From positions 5,620 to 69,619 of the forward strand of contig JACRNJ010000051.1 of assembly GCA_016219285.1 (NCBI GenBank): a DNA stretch of 64,000 nucleotides, given 5' to 3'. The stretch's first letter is position 1; the number at the start of each line of letters is the position of its first letter. The notes beneath the pieces were generated by a model. It was not told the DNA's origin, did not search any database, and saw nothing but the letters and a program-made list of their open reading frames with translations. Shown in pieces: positions 1 to 11,071 of the stretch. The position numbers and the translations under genes are program-made. This stretch comes from Deltaproteobacteria bacterium (GTDB lineage: Bacteria > Desulfobacterota > GWC2-55-46 > UBA9637).

Positions 1-100
1 TAGCAGCTGCAACGGCTACAATGATATACCGCTCGCGTTTTCGCCTTTTATGTTCGTCTGTGAAAATTAGCTGCTCAGTCATAGGTTAATGTAAACAGGT

Positions 101-141
101 TTAGGCTAAGGCTGAGTAAAAGCTTAGCCTTAGCCTCAGCC
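101..141. terminator. Perfect inverted repeat aggctaaggct...agccttagcct, a hairpin between the upstream region and the stop of the minus-strand ORF at 148. Possible bidirectional terminator.
   Basis: 11 bp perfect stem read directly. T-tract only weak (gtttctt). Confidence 0.3.
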
Positions 142-147
142 TGTTTC

Positions 148-726
148 TTACGGTACAAACTCCTTTTCATACCAACTAGTTTCATAATCCCAGAAAGATA
201 CGAAAAAGAGCATGTAGTTGAGTGGGAATGGAAGATTTACAGGATCCAAGGTGGCCTTGATTCTGATCTGATACGATTCTCCCTTTTTTAGCGCCGACTT
301 AACCACGATGCTATCACCGTTTGCCATGATTTTCTTTGCCTGTTCAATCTCTTTAACCCGTATAATGCGGGCAGATTTGGAATCTGCTTCTAATTGCGGC
401 TTTTCCCCCATCACAATTTCATATTCTTGTTTCAAGGTGTCATACTTTATAGTATGCCTGAATGTAATAGAGTTAACTTTCTCATTAAACCAGATATCCC
501 GTTTTCGGTAAAGTTCCACAAAAAAGGTAAAGCTTGTCGGTATACCACTTTTAATCCCTTCCTCTATCTCCTTTGTAAAGGCATTTTTTATCTCAAAAGA
601 TATACTGATATTGTCAGGAGCGCTGGCTACCGCAACCTTATCCACCGCAGCTTCCTTAGAATATGCCATAGGAGGGTAAAGATGCATATATATAGCTGCT
701 ACTATAAATAATATAGCCTTTAACAT
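148..726 (-). CDS. Hypothetical exported protein with an N-terminal hydrophobic signal-like segment.
   Basis: 192 aa ORF with hydrophobic N-terminus MLKAILFIVAAIYM. No family recognised. Confidence 0.45.
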   Translation of the reverse strand: MLKAILFIVAAIYMHLYPPMAYSKEAAVDKVAVASAPDNISISFEIKNAFTKEIEEGIKSGIPTSFTFFVELYRKRDIWFNEKVNSITFRHTIKYDTLKQEYEIVMGEKPQLEADSKSARIIRVKEIEQAKKIMANGDSIVVKSALKKGESYQIRIKATLDPVNLPFPLNYMLFFVSFWDYETSWYEKEFVP

Positions 727-852
727 TGATATTTATGATACGCAAAATTAATATGAAAAGCAAGCGATGTACCTATTTTCTTACATATTTTCTACACCGA
801 TGGGCTATATTTATTGACAGGACATGCTCCAACCTGTTATCCTTTACACAAT

Positions 853-1506
853 ATGATTCCTATAGTTTCCATAGTCGGCAAATCGGGAAGCGGTAAGACC
901 ACATTGCTTGAAAAGGTGGTGGCTGAATTAACCGGCAGAGGTTATAAGGTTGGCACTATCAAACATGATGTTCACGGTTTTGAGATAGATTATGAAGGTA
1001 AAGACAGCTGGCGGCATAAAAGGGCAGGGGCGGCAACGGTAGTGTTATCAGGCCCTGGTAAAATAGCTGTCGTAAAGGATGTGGCTGAAGAATGGGACAT
1101 TGCAAGACTTGGTCTGACATTTATAGATGACGCAGATATTATAATAACAGAGGGTTATAAAAAGGCCGGCTATCCAAAGATAGAAGTTATCAGAAAGGCA
1201 AAATCCACAAAATCAATTTGCAGAAAGGATAAGAATCTCATAGCTGTTACGAGTGATATAAAATTTAAATGTAGAGATATGCCGTGTATTGATATCAACG
1301 ATGCAAAGGGCATTGCAAATTTTATAGAAAAGAGATTTTTGCAAAAGCAGGCATATAATGAAACTGTGGACCTGATGGTAAACGGAAAACATATAACCCT
1401 TAAGCCATTCATAGAAGGAATGCTTGTAGAGACAATAAAAGGAATGTTGAAACCTTTAAAAGGGTGCAGTAATCAAAGAAATATAGAAATAAGGATGAAA
1501 ACATGA
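853..1506 (+). CDS. mobB: Molybdopterin-guanine dinucleotide biosynthesis adapter protein MobB.
   Basis: Walker A IVGKSGSGKTTL right after Met at 853. Followed by mobA with a 4-nt overlap. Confidence 0.8.
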   Translation: MIPIVSIVGKSGSGKTTLLEKVVAELTGRGYKVGTIKHDVHGFEIDYEGKDSWRHKRAGAATVVLSGPGKIAVVKDVAEEWDIARLGLTFIDDADIIITEGYKKAGYPKIEVIRKAKSTKSICRKDKNLIAVTSDIKFKCRDMPCIDINDAKGIANFIEKRFLQKQAYNETVDLMVNGKHITLKPFIEGMLVETIKGMLKPLKGCSNQRNIEIRMKT

Positions 1507-2108
1507 CTGCTATAATCTTAGCAGGCGGGAAAAGCAGCAGAATGGGCTTTAACAAGGCCTTTATAGATATTGGCGGACAAAATATTATCAATAGAACCAT
1601 AAGCCTGTTTAAAGAATTATTCGATGAGATTATACTGGTAGTAAACAATACTGCTGATTATGAAGAATTAGACATACCCACTGTAACTGACATATTTAAG
1701 GGCGCTGGCAGTCTTGGCGGCATATATACGGGCCTGTTTCATGCCTCATCCGAACATAGTTTCGTTGCAGCCTGCGATATGCCTTTCCTGAGCAGCGAAG
1801 TCATCTCAAGGATGATTCAGGTTTCAGGCAGCTGCAATGCGGCAGTGCCTTTCATTATGGGCAGATACCATCCACTCCATGCAGTCTATTCTAAAAAGTG
1901 CCTTAAACCTATTGAAGAAATGATAAAGAATAAAGACCTGCGCATTACAAATCTTTTCCAAAAAGTAAATATTAAAAAGCTTGATGAAAAAAACTGGCTT
2001 TTAAGCGAGCAGGTTTCATCATCTTTGGACAATATCAATACAAAAGAAGACCTTAACAGGGCAATCCAATCCTTAAATCGTTTTACTCCATTCTACTCCG
2101 ACATATAA
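1503..2108 (+). CDS. mobA: Molybdenum cofactor guanylyltransferase MobA.
   Basis: N-terminus MTAIILAGGKSSRMG is the MobA nucleotidyltransferase signature. ~200 aa. Confidence 0.85.
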   Translation: MTAIILAGGKSSRMGFNKAFIDIGGQNIINRTISLFKELFDEIILVVNNTADYEELDIPTVTDIFKGAGSLGGIYTGLFHASSEHSFVAACDMPFLSSEVISRMIQVSGSCNAAVPFIMGRYHPLHAVYSKKCLKPIEEMIKNKDLRITNLFQKVNIKKLDEKNWLLSEQVSSSLDNINTKEDLNRAIQSLNRFTPFYSDI

Positions 2109-2228
2109 CCTTTTTACCCACCCCCACCCTAACCCTCCCCCTGAAGTGGAGGGAAAATAGTGGGTTCCTCCCCTTTCAAGGTGGAGGCCAGGAGGGGGAT
2201 GGGATTATGTGACGGAGTAGTATTACTT

Positions 2229-3038
2229 ATGAAAAAAAATAATGGACTTGCCAAACTTGTAGCAATTATGCAGCGCCTGCGCGGGCCAAAAGGCTGCCCA
2301 TGGGATAGAGAACAGACATTTGAAAGCCTTATACCATTTGTCGTTGAAGAGACCTATGAGGTAATCGGCGCTGTAGATGCAAAGTCCCCTGAAATGCTTA
2401 AACAAGAGCTTGGAGATCTCTTGTTCCAGATTATATTTATGTGCCAACTTGCTAAAGAAAAATGGGATTTTGGCATAGAGGATGTAATAAATGCATCAAT
2501 AGACAAGATGATAAGAAGGCATCCCCATGTTTTTGGAAAGACAAAGGCAAAAACATCAAAAGATGTTTTAAGGCACTGGGCAAGGATAAAAATGGAGGAA
2601 AAAGGGAGCAAAAATAATAAAGGTTATCTATCAGATATACCAGAATACCTTCCAGCCTTGCTCAAAGCTCACAAGGTAACTAAAAAGGCATCTCAAGTTG
2701 GTTTTGACTGGAGCGATATAAATCAGGTTTTTGAAAAGGTTGATGAAGAGACGGCAGAATTTAAGGCAGCATTAAAAAAGAAGAATAAAAAAAGGATGGA
2801 GGAGGAGTTCGGAGACCTGCTCTTTTCGCTGGTAAATGTTGGAAGATTTATAGAAATAAATCCGGAAGAGGCTTTAAGAAAAACAATCGGGAGATTTATA
2901 ACAAGATTTCATTATATTGAAGATGAATTTGCTAAAAAAGGAAAGGCTTTAAGCAATACATCTGCCATTGAAATGGAAAAAATTTGGAATGAAGCAAAAA
3001 GGAAAGAGAAAAATATGCGAGTCATATTACAAAAATAA
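2229..3038 (+). CDS. mazG: Nucleoside triphosphate pyrophosphohydrolase MazG.
   Basis: Tandem MazG motifs: GCPWDREQTFESL...EETYE and a second EE..E/GDLLF repeat. RRHPHVF motif present. Confidence 0.85.
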   Translation: MKKNNGLAKLVAIMQRLRGPKGCPWDREQTFESLIPFVVEETYEVIGAVDAKSPEMLKQELGDLLFQIIFMCQLAKEKWDFGIEDVINASIDKMIRRHPHVFGKTKAKTSKDVLRHWARIKMEEKGSKNNKGYLSDIPEYLPALLKAHKVTKKASQVGFDWSDINQVFEKVDEETAEFKAALKKKNKKRMEEEFGDLLFSLVNVGRFIEINPEEALRKTIGRFITRFHYIEDEFAKKGKALSNTSAIEMEKIWNEAKRKEKNMRVILQK

Positions 3039-3389
3039 TTACACAGATTAAAATATAAATCTATTCAGTTGTTTTTAAATTCCTTCAACCTATTTTAAAA
3101 AATCTGTGTAATCAGGTAGTTACCACGATTTCCCCACAGCATGTGGATAAGTTGTTAGCAACAATGTGATTGCAAAAAAAAGAATGTGATTAAATAAGGC
3201 TTCCTGATGAATTGCATATTTTTTAATCACCAAATTCATATTGAAATTCAAAGAGTTATGTGATTCATAACCTATATTCAATTACATTCATTTTTTTGTT
3301 GGTTTTATACCCTGGAATGGCATTACCTTGCGATGTATTAAACCAATTTTGAAGCGCTATTGCAAGAAAATGCAACTGCATCTTGGTGT

Positions 3390-4955
3390 CTATCGGTATT
3401 TACTCCATCTTTCCATAAACATGTTAGTTAAAAAAACCATTTCCGGGCTTTTAAAAAAACGGGCAAAGAGTAAATAACATATAACACCAAAACTTATTGC
3501 AAGAGATAGCACCAATAGTCTCAGGATAGTGATACCCCCGTCAGACCAATCAACAAGAAGAGATATAGCATAGACACTAATTCCCATCGGTATGGATGAT
3601 ACTACCACTTTTACAGCAGAATTCAGTATCTTTCTTCCACCGATTCCACCCAGCCTCTTTCTAAGTATAAGGAAGAGAAGCAATAGATTCACAATTGACG
3701 AAAGCGATGTGGCCAAAGCAAGACCGCCGTGTCTCAAAGGACCAATAAGCAAGAAACAAAATATTATATTGGAAACTACTGTTATACAGCCAATCTTGAC
3801 CGGAGTTATTGTATCCTTAAGTGAATAGAAAGCAGATACCAGTATTCTTCCACCGCCAAATGCGACAAGACCAATGGAAAAGAAGTAAAGGGCATAAACA
3901 GTTCCTTTAGTTGCTTCATGACCAAACTCACCCCTTTGAAAAAGCATGGTAACAATAGGTTCGCCAAGCGCTAGAAGACCTATAGTAGAAGGAACGGTAA
4001 TAAAGGTTACAAGCCTTATGGCGAAGGAGAGTGACTCTTTAAAACCTGGCCAGTCTTTCTTTATGGCATATTCAGACATGGAAGGCAGCACGGCAGTTGC
4101 AACTGCAAGCACAAAGACACCCATCGGGAGTTCTACTACCCTGTCTGCATAATACAAGTAAGATATGCTGCCTTCTTTGAGCCCGGAGGCAAATCTGCTT
4201 GTAATAAGGATATTTATCTGGCTTACCCCTGTAGCAAGAGAAGCCGGCAGCATAAGGAGAATTATCTTTTTTATGGCAGGGTCATTAAAATTAAAATCAA
4301 GCTTTGGAAGCATGTCATATTGTTTAAGGTATGGGAGCTGATAAAGAAACTGAAATATGCCGCCAAAAACTACACCAAATGCAAGGGCATATACCGGCTC
4401 TTTAAAGAAAGAGATAAGGAAAATGGTGGAACCTATTATAGACAGATTAAACCAGACAGGAGACAGGGCCGGCGCTGTAAAATGTTTTAACGAGTTTAAA
4501 ACCCCCATACTTAAGGCGACAAGACATATAAAGAAAAGAAAAGGGAACATCCATTTTGTTAAAGACGTAGTAATTGCAAGTTTGTTTGGGGTAAAACCAG
4601 GCGCCATAATTTCTACTAGCTGTTCCGAAAATATAATGCCTGCTATTATAATTACTGTTAATATAATAGTGAAAAATGTAAATGCCCTTGAGGCTAAAGC
4701 TTTTGCTTTTTCTCTGGAACCGGTGGTTAGTTCTTCTGTAAATACCGGAATAAAGGATATTGTTAATGCCCCTTCACCAACGAGCCTCCTGAAAAAGTTT
4801 GGAATCCTGTAAGCGATAAAAAACACATCCGCATAAGTACCTGCGCCTAAAAATGCAGCAATAACCGCATCTCTTATATAACCCAGTATTCGGCTCAAAA
4901 ATGTGGCGCCACCCACAATAGAGGCGGCCTTTGTTATGTTTTTAGTCTCTGACAT
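3390..4955 (-). CDS. murJ: Lipid II flippase MurJ (MviN).
   Basis: 521 aa polytopic membrane protein. N-terminus AASIVGGATFLSRILGYIRD...YRIPNFFRRL is the MurJ signature. Confidence 0.9.
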   Translation of the reverse strand: MSETKNITKAASIVGGATFLSRILGYIRDAVIAAFLGAGTYADVFFIAYRIPNFFRRLVGEGALTISFIPVFTEELTTGSREKAKALASRAFTFFTIILTVIIIAGIIFSEQLVEIMAPGFTPNKLAITTSLTKWMFPFLFFICLVALSMGVLNSLKHFTAPALSPVWFNLSIIGSTIFLISFFKEPVYALAFGVVFGGIFQFLYQLPYLKQYDMLPKLDFNFNDPAIKKIILLMLPASLATGVSQINILITSRFASGLKEGSISYLYYADRVVELPMGVFVLAVATAVLPSMSEYAIKKDWPGFKESLSFAIRLVTFITVPSTIGLLALGEPIVTMLFQRGEFGHEATKGTVYALYFFSIGLVAFGGGRILVSAFYSLKDTITPVKIGCITVVSNIIFCFLLIGPLRHGGLALATSLSSIVNLLLLFLILRKRLGGIGGRKILNSAVKVVVSSIPMGISVYAISLLVDWSDGGITILRLLVLSLAISFGVICYLLFARFFKSPEMVFLTNMFMERWSKYR

Positions 4956-5046
4956 GCATATTGTACTTGTTGTAGCATATGATTACACTGGTTTGAAAAA
5001 GGTGTAATCAAAATCCTGTTAGCTAAAAATCCTTAGCTAAAAATCC

Positions 5047-5075
5047 TTGACAACTACGTATTAATAGTTTAAAAA
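5047..5075 (+). promoter_or_regulatory. Candidate sigma70-type promoter for rpsT: CCTTGACA, 17 nt spacer, TAAAAA. The -10 is weak.
   Basis: TTGACA at 5047-5052, ~35 nt upstream of the rpsT ribosome-binding site GGAGG. Confidence 0.3.
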
Positions 5076-5111
5076 TATATGCTAAATTTCTAAATTTCAA
5101 TGGAGGATTAA

Positions 5112-5378
5112 ATGGCAACGCATAAATCAGCAATAAAAAGACACAAACAAAACCTGAAACGCAGGGCCCGCAATGCAGCTGTTGCATCTGCTATAAGAAC
5201 TGCAATAAAACAGGTTAAAGAAACTATAGCAAAGGGAGATAAAGAAAGCGCATTAACATCACTTGCAAAGGCCGCAAGGCTTCTTGACAAGGCAGTTTCT
5301 AAAAAAACCCTTCACAGGAATAATGCTTCAAGGAAAATATCCCGCTTTACAGCGGTAGTAAATTCTATTGCAAAGTAG
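5112..5378 (+). CDS. rpsT: 30S ribosomal protein S20.
   Basis: 88 aa, MATHKSAIKRHKQNLKRRARN, the typical S20 N-terminus. Confidence 0.9.
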   Translation: MATHKSAIKRHKQNLKRRARNAAVASAIRTAIKQVKETIAKGDKESALTSLAKAARLLDKAVSKKTLHRNNASRKISRFTAVVNSIAK

Positions 5379-5424
5379 TTGCCCATTTATTGGCGTATTA
5401 CTCTGAATTGTCAGAAACAGGTTT

Positions 5425-5452
5425 AAAGACTGCCGATAAATCGGCAATTCTA
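5425..5452. terminator. Hairpin TGCCGATAAATCGGCA between the convergent rpsT and holA genes. Short member of the dispersed GCCGATAAATCGGC repeat family.
   Basis: 7 bp stem with 3 nt loop, followed by attctacttt. Sits between convergent genes. Confidence 0.4.
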
Positions 5453-6448
5453 CTTTAAACACAATTCCATGACAAGCCTCTCCATCACCATATGAGGAGA
5501 CTGCCTGCCTGATTTCAAGGCTATATCTGCATGATGGAGTAATTGAAAAACAGTCCGTAGTCCTTCGTTGCTGAAATCTTTTCCCTGCTTGAGATATCCA
5601 TGTATATAAGTTGGAAACGTTCCCAAAGCCGAAGCAATGCTATTGACTGCAGCCCCGTTTTTCTTCATGGCCTTTACCCTCCATATCATACGAAACTGAC
5701 GGGCTATCATCCCCAATATCTTTACAGGCTCTTCCCCCTGTTCAATAAGTTTATTCAGGTTTATCATGCCTTCTCTCAAATTTTTCCTGCCTATAGAATC
5801 CGCCAGGTCGAATACCGTGTCAACTCTGCCGTTGGCAACAGATGTTTCCACATCTTTCCTTTCTATGCCTTCTCTTTCTCCTACAAACAATACCAGCTTG
5901 GCAATCTCTTGTTTTATATCCATCAGTTCACTGCCTGTTGCCTCTAAAAAGATGCCGATTGCATCATGGGTAATTCTTTTCCCCAGCCTTTGCGCCTCTT
6001 GTTTAATCCATGAAGGAAGCTCTGCATCCGAAGGCGGTTTAAAATGGAACAGGTAGTGAGCTTTATCCAGCCCTGAAAAAAAAGACAACCTCTTATCAAT
6101 TTTGCCTGCCGATGCAATGAGGATAAGACAGGTATGCTTAGCAGGGTCTTGCACATATGAGAGAAGCGCTTCTTGCTGTGATTTGGAAAGTGCCTCTATC
6201 CTGTTCACAATAACCAATCTCTTTTGAGACATAACCGGGAAGGTCTGGGCTATTGAAATAATATCATCCGCATCAGCCTCTTTTGCATCAAATGAATGGT
6301 AGTTCATATCCTTGAAAGCAGAAGATAGCATCCTGGCCTTTATGGCATTGACAGTCTCTTCCATCAGGTAACTGTCACCATAGATGCAGTATACAGGAAG
6401 AATATCCCTTCCCTTTTTAAGCTCTTCAATAATTGCGGTGCCGTTCAG
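5450..6448 (-). CDS. holA: DNA polymerase III delta subunit HolA.
   Basis: About 330 aa, placed downstream of lptE in the conserved leuS-lptE-holA arrangement. Start taken at the internal Met (MLNGTAII); the ORF extends to 6523. Confidence 0.75.
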   Translation of the reverse strand: MNGTAIIEELKKGRDILPVYCIYGDSYLMEETVNAIKARMLSSAFKDMNYHSFDAKEADADDIISIAQTFPVMSQKRLVIVNRIEALSKSQQEALLSYVQDPAKHTCLILIASAGKIDKRLSFFSGLDKAHYLFHFKPPSDAELPSWIKQEAQRLGKRITHDAIGIFLEATGSELMDIKQEIAKLVLFVGEREGIERKDVETSVANGRVDTVFDLADSIGRKNLREGMINLNKLIEQGEEPVKILGMIARQFRMIWRVKAMKKNGAAVNSIASALGTFPTYIHGYLKQGKDFSNEGLRTVFQLLHHADIALKSGRQSPHMVMERLVMELCLK

Positions 6449-6551
6449 CATAGATTGATTTACTACTACACAAGCAAGCCCAATCTTTATAAAGGCGAGA
6501 TGAATGGTTCTAGTTTCCAGCAAAGTTGCAGATGGATATTTTACTAAATTG

Positions 6552-7121
6552 TCAAAACCTCTCCAGCATCCTCTCCTTTATTAGCCTTGCTGTATCCCCA
6601 GCCATCTTCTTAACAGCATCCAGATCAGCTGTCTTTGTTGCATTTATATCTGCTGTGTTTACCTTAAAATCCTCATAATCTGTAATGTTCTTGTCTTCCC
6701 ATAAGACCTTTCCGTCACTCTTTCTCACAAGGTTTATCTCCAATTTAATGGTAAGCCTGTATTCCTGGATTACATCGTTGCTGTTAAAGGAAACAGGTGT
6801 TAGATTATAACCAATTACAGCGCCATTCAAGATTGCTTCAGCATTTTCATCAACAACCTTCGCAATTCCGCTTTTTACAAATTCGTTAATCAATGCAGTT
6901 GTGAAAATTGTTTCTATATCAGGTTTCTGCACATGATTTTTTAAAAATGGGATGGATATCGTTGACACGTTGCCAGGCATGCTTCCGCCTTTGCCGGCTA
7001 TATGATAGCCGCAGCCTGTTGAGACAGTGAGTAGTGAACAACAAACGGTAAACAGCAAAAGCAATGAATAGGTGAGAATATTTCTCCGTTTCCAATCTTC
7101 TCCGTTTCTCTTTAGCTTCAT
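6552..7121 (-). CDS. lptE: LPS-assembly lipoprotein LptE.
   Basis: Lipobox LLTVSTGC at the N-terminus and position between leuS and holA. Start at internal Met MKLKRNG; the ORF extends to 7208. Confidence 0.65.
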   Translation of the reverse strand: MKLKRNGEDWKRRNILTYSLLLLFTVCCSLLTVSTGCGYHIAGKGGSMPGNVSTISIPFLKNHVQKPDIETIFTTALINEFVKSGIAKVVDENAEAILNGAVIGYNLTPVSFNSNDVIQEYRLTIKLEINLVRKSDGKVLWEDKNITDYEDFKVNTADINATKTADLDAVKKMAGDTARLIKERMLERF

Positions 7122-7469
7122 GCCTTTTGCCTTTTGTAGCTTGCCTATTGTATACTGCCTGCTTGACATCTGGCTTCCTGCTTCTGACACATGTCTTCTA
7201 TTTTTCATTCTGCTCCTGCTGCTACCTATGAACGGGATGTTCGCCGCAATCCCCCAATGGCCATAGAGGGCACGGCCAGCTATATTATAGTAATAAAACT
7301 ACTTACATGGGTGAATCCCAGCCATCCATGCTAAGGTTCTTCAATTATGAATACCGAAAATGCAGCAACATTTTCTGACAGATTATACTTTTTATAATAT
7401 CGGTAGGCAAGAAGAAAGATAGTTAAAATGCACGGAAAGTTTTGAGGTTTATAAATTGAAGCCAGCTTT

Positions 7470-10040
7470 TTATTCTATTACCACATTCAGTATCTTATTC
7501 TTCACATAAATCATCTTTTTTATCTCCTTGCCTGCCAGCCATTCTGTGATTTTTTTGTCCAACATGGCAATCTTTTCAACACCTTCCCGATCCATATCCA
7601 ATGGCACGTTGATGCGTCCCCTTACCTTGCCGTTTATCTGGACAACCACCAGCACCTCTTCCTTTCGCAAAGCTAACTCGTCATAGGCCGGCCACTGGGC
7701 TTTAAAGATATTTTCTTTTTTCCCAACCTCATGCCACAGCTCTTCGCACATATGCGGCGCAAAGGGAGAAAGAAGAAGCAGCAATATTTCAATGGCCTTT
7801 TTATATTCATAAGAATCTTTACTCTCATATTTTGAAAGAAAATTAATATACTCCATAAGAGCTGCTATGGCTGTGTTAAAGTGAAACCCTTCTAAATCTT
7901 CAGTTACTCTTTTAATAGCCCTATTCACCTCATATTTGAGCTCTGAATCTTGAGCATTTTCTTTTGCCCTTTGCCCCTTGCCCCTTGCCCCTTGCATTTC
8001 TGCCACCAGCCTCCACACCCTGTTTAAAAATCTGTGTGCCCCTTCCACTCCTTCATCACTCCACTCAAGGTCCTTTTCAGGAGGCGCAGCAAAAAGGGAA
8101 AATACCCGTGTTGTATCTGCACCGTATTTCTCAATAATCTTATCAGGGTCTACAATATTCTTTTTAGATTTGCTCATCTTCTCTTTAGCCCCTATTTCCA
8201 CAGGAGCGCCGCATTTTGCACAGTTGCCGTCCTTTAGCTCTTCAGGCAGAAGATAGCCGTGCTCTTTGCATTTTGTAATCTCCTTGCACACCATACCCTG
8301 TGTGAGGAGATTTATAAATGGCTCGTCAATATCTGTAAGTCCGAGATCCCTGATTGCCTTTGTAAAGAATCTTGAGTAGAGTAAATGCAGAACCGCATGT
8401 TCAACTCCTCCTATATACTGGTCAACAGACATCCAGTATTTAACAGCATCCTTACTAAAAGGGTTTGTGCCATCTTTTGGCGAGGTATATCTTAAGAAAT
8501 ACCACGATGAATCCACAAATGTATCCATTGTGTCAGTCTCTCTTCTTGCTTGCTTCCCACACTTAGGACATTTTGTTTTTATAAACTTATCTGACTGAGC
8601 CAAAGGAGAACCGCCTTCACCGGTAAACTTTACATCCTCAGGTAAAATTACCGGTAGATCTTTATAAGGCACTGGCACTATCCCGCAGGTGTCACAGTAT
8701 ATCATCGGTATAGGGCATCCCCAGTAACGTTGGCGTGATATACCCCAGTCCCTTAATTTATAACCAATAGATTTCTTTCCCATGCCCTTTTCTTCAAGAT
8801 GTTCTACGATTGCCTCCATTGTGTCTCTATTCTTCATCCCATTAAAAGGCCCGGAATTGACCATAATCCCGTCATCTACATAAGCCTCTTTCATGGTATC
8901 CGGACTTAACTCTTTGTCCGGCGGTTTGATGACAACAGCCATCGGAAGTTTATACTTCCTTGCAAACTCAAAATCACGCTGGTCATGGGTCGGAACTGCC
9001 ATAACAGCGCCTGTTCCATATTCCATCAAAACAAAATTGGCAGTGTATATAGGCATCTTTTTGTTGGTGAGTGGATTTATGCAGTATGAGCCTGTGAATA
9101 CGCCCTCTTTTTCCAGCAATGCCTCTGTTCTTGCGGTTCTGCTCTGTTTTTTTACTTTTTCTATAAACTCTCTCACCACCGGCCGCTGAGCACTCGTCAC
9201 TAATCGCTCCGCCATCGGATGTTCATGAGCAATGCTCATGAATGTTGCGCCGTAAAGCGTATCAGGTCTTGTGGTAAATACCTTTATGACCTCATTTGAA
9301 TTTTCAACTCCCTGCTTACCGCTTGTAGGGACAAGCTTAAAATCAACCTCAGCGCCTATGCTTTTACCAATCCAGTTTTTCTGCATAATCAAGACATTCT
9401 CAGGCCACCCTGGAAGTTTATCGCAATATTCTAAAAGTTCTTCGGCATAGTGTGTTATCTTGAAAAACCATTGCTCAAGATTTTTCTGTTCCACTTCACT
9501 GTCGCACCTCCAGCAAAGCCCCCCTTCCACCTGCTCATTTGCCAAAACAGTATGGCACTTGGGGCACCAGTTCACAGCAGATTGCTTTCTATAGGCCAGA
9601 CCCTTTTCATATAATTTCAAGAACAGCCATTGATTCCATTTATAATATTCAGGGCTGCATGTGGCAATTTCTCTGTCCCAGTCATAAGATAAACCCATCC
9701 TCTTTAACTGTTTTTTCATAAAGGCTATATTTTCATAAGTCCACTTTGCTGGGTGAACGTCATGCTGTATTGCGGCATTCTCAGCAGGCATACCAAATGA
9801 ATCCCAACCCATGGGATGAAGCACATTACAGCCCTTCATCCTTAAAAATCTTGCTGCCACATCCCCTATCGCATAATTCCTCACATGGCCCATATGTATC
9901 TTGCCTGAGGGATACGGGAACATCTCAAGGACATAATGCTTTTTCTTGGCCTTGTCTTCATCAACCTTAAATGCCTTTGTGTCTTCCCATATTTTCTGCC
10001 ACTTTTCTTCAATTTGCTTATGTTCGTATCTCTCCTGCAT
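7470..10040 (-). CDS. leuS: Leucyl-tRNA synthetase.
   Basis: HMGH (class I HIGH) and KMSKS motifs present, along with the CP1 editing domain and Zn-binding CxxC pairs. About 857 aa from Met MQERYEHKQ. Confidence 0.95.
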   Translation of the reverse strand: MQERYEHKQIEEKWQKIWEDTKAFKVDEDKAKKKHYVLEMFPYPSGKIHMGHVRNYAIGDVAARFLRMKGCNVLHPMGWDSFGMPAENAAIQHDVHPAKWTYENIAFMKKQLKRMGLSYDWDREIATCSPEYYKWNQWLFLKLYEKGLAYRKQSAVNWCPKCHTVLANEQVEGGLCWRCDSEVEQKNLEQWFFKITHYAEELLEYCDKLPGWPENVLIMQKNWIGKSIGAEVDFKLVPTSGKQGVENSNEVIKVFTTRPDTLYGATFMSIAHEHPMAERLVTSAQRPVVREFIEKVKKQSRTARTEALLEKEGVFTGSYCINPLTNKKMPIYTANFVLMEYGTGAVMAVPTHDQRDFEFARKYKLPMAVVIKPPDKELSPDTMKEAYVDDGIMVNSGPFNGMKNRDTMEAIVEHLEEKGMGKKSIGYKLRDWGISRQRYWGCPIPMIYCDTCGIVPVPYKDLPVILPEDVKFTGEGGSPLAQSDKFIKTKCPKCGKQARRETDTMDTFVDSSWYFLRYTSPKDGTNPFSKDAVKYWMSVDQYIGGVEHAVLHLLYSRFFTKAIRDLGLTDIDEPFINLLTQGMVCKEITKCKEHGYLLPEELKDGNCAKCGAPVEIGAKEKMSKSKKNIVDPDKIIEKYGADTTRVFSLFAAPPEKDLEWSDEGVEGAHRFLNRVWRLVAEMQGARGKGQRAKENAQDSELKYEVNRAIKRVTEDLEGFHFNTAIAALMEYINFLSKYESKDSYEYKKAIEILLLLLSPFAPHMCEELWHEVGKKENIFKAQWPAYDELALRKEEVLVVVQINGKVRGRINVPLDMDREGVEKIAMLDKKITEWLAGKEIKKMIYVKNKILNVVIE

Positions 10041-10237
10041 TATTAATCTCTCCTGTTTGATAAGTTGACTTCTTCTTTTAACACAGCAACACAATTTATT
10101 TCAAATAAAATGATAAATATTGAAGACGGTGCCTTTGCCTTTTTCTTCCTAACCTGTTAATATGCGCAAATATAATAGAAAAAGCCTCTAAGACCATTTC
10201 ATCATACAGACAAGGGACAGGGAAAAACCTCATATTC

Positions 10238-10447
10238 ATGAGACTCATGACTGATAGTGATTGTAAAAAGAGGGGAAGGGGTTTACATCTGGGTAAGGAT
10301 GAACTGCCTATGAAACGAGGCGATATTGCCTTTATTCCAAAAGGTGTATTGCACTACTTTGCAAATACAAGCAGCGAGCCTTCTGTTGCCTATGTGATGT
10401 TTATGCCGTTTTACGACGGTAATGACATGAATTTTGTGGATAAATAA
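10238..10447 (+). CDS. Small cupin-like fragment, 69 aa.
   Basis: GDIAFIPKGVLHYFANTSSEP resembles a cupin beta-barrel motif. Short, possibly a remnant. Confidence 0.25.
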   Translation: MRLMTDSDCKKRGRGLHLGKDELPMKRGDIAFIPKGVLHYFANTSSEPSVAYVMFMPFYDGNDMNFVDK

Positions 10448-10480
10448 GACATAACCAGTTAAGAATTACTTCAACTCTTT

Positions 10481-10999
10481 TCACCCAACACTTATCATCT
10501 CCCTTACCTTCTCAATCTTTTTCTCTCCTATTCCTTTAACCTTTTTAAGGTCGTCAACTGTTTTAAAACCATCAAGCCTTTTCCGGGTTTCAATAATCTT
10601 TTCGGCCAAATTAGGCCCGATGCCGGGAAGGGCCTCAAAATCCTGCGCCGTTGCCTTATTTATATTAAGGGGAATGGCAAAGATGAGGCGCTTTTCTCCG
10701 CTCATGAAGCCTGTATCAGCAGAGCCATCTTTATTGATTGTAATCTTTGAGCCGTTTTTGATTTCTGACTTTTCCTTGGGCAATACATAGACCTTGCTAT
10801 TGCCAGAAGAGTCTTCTATTTCAACGATGGCTTGTTCTGCAGAGGATACAGTGGCGATATGGGCAGGCTCTTTATGTATGTAAAATTCATTCAGAAAATA
10901 AATGGCAGCAAGAAAAACAGCTATAATAAGGAGGGCAATATTTTGTGATTGGTCTTTTGCATTTATAGTTATAAATTTATCGGCGTCTTTAACTGCCAT
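10481..10999 (-). CDS. comEA: ComEA-family helix-hairpin-helix DNA-binding protein.
   Basis: C-terminal tandem HhH: ALPGIGPNLAEKII...LKKVKGIGEKKIEKV. N-terminal TM anchor. Confidence 0.75.
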   Translation of the reverse strand: MAVKDADKFITINAKDQSQNIALLIIAVFLAAIYFLNEFYIHKEPAHIATVSSAEQAIVEIEDSSGNSKVYVLPKEKSEIKNGSKITINKDGSADTGFMSGEKRLIFAIPLNINKATAQDFEALPGIGPNLAEKIIETRKRLDGFKTVDDLKKVKGIGEKKIEKVREMISVG

Positions 11000-11071
11000 G
11001 GCTCACCTACTCAAAATCCGATTTAGGATTTTTTGGGGACTACGTCTTTCTTGACCTCTGCTTCTTGCCCC

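Noticed and set aside
1-60. Possible 3' end of a + strand gene at the window start.
   Set aside because: Too short to assign. No ORF or motif recognisable.
308-711. + strand ORFs (67 and 105 aa) inside the 148-726 - strand gene.
   Set aside because: Antisense overlap with a longer ORF. Low-complexity translation, no motifs.
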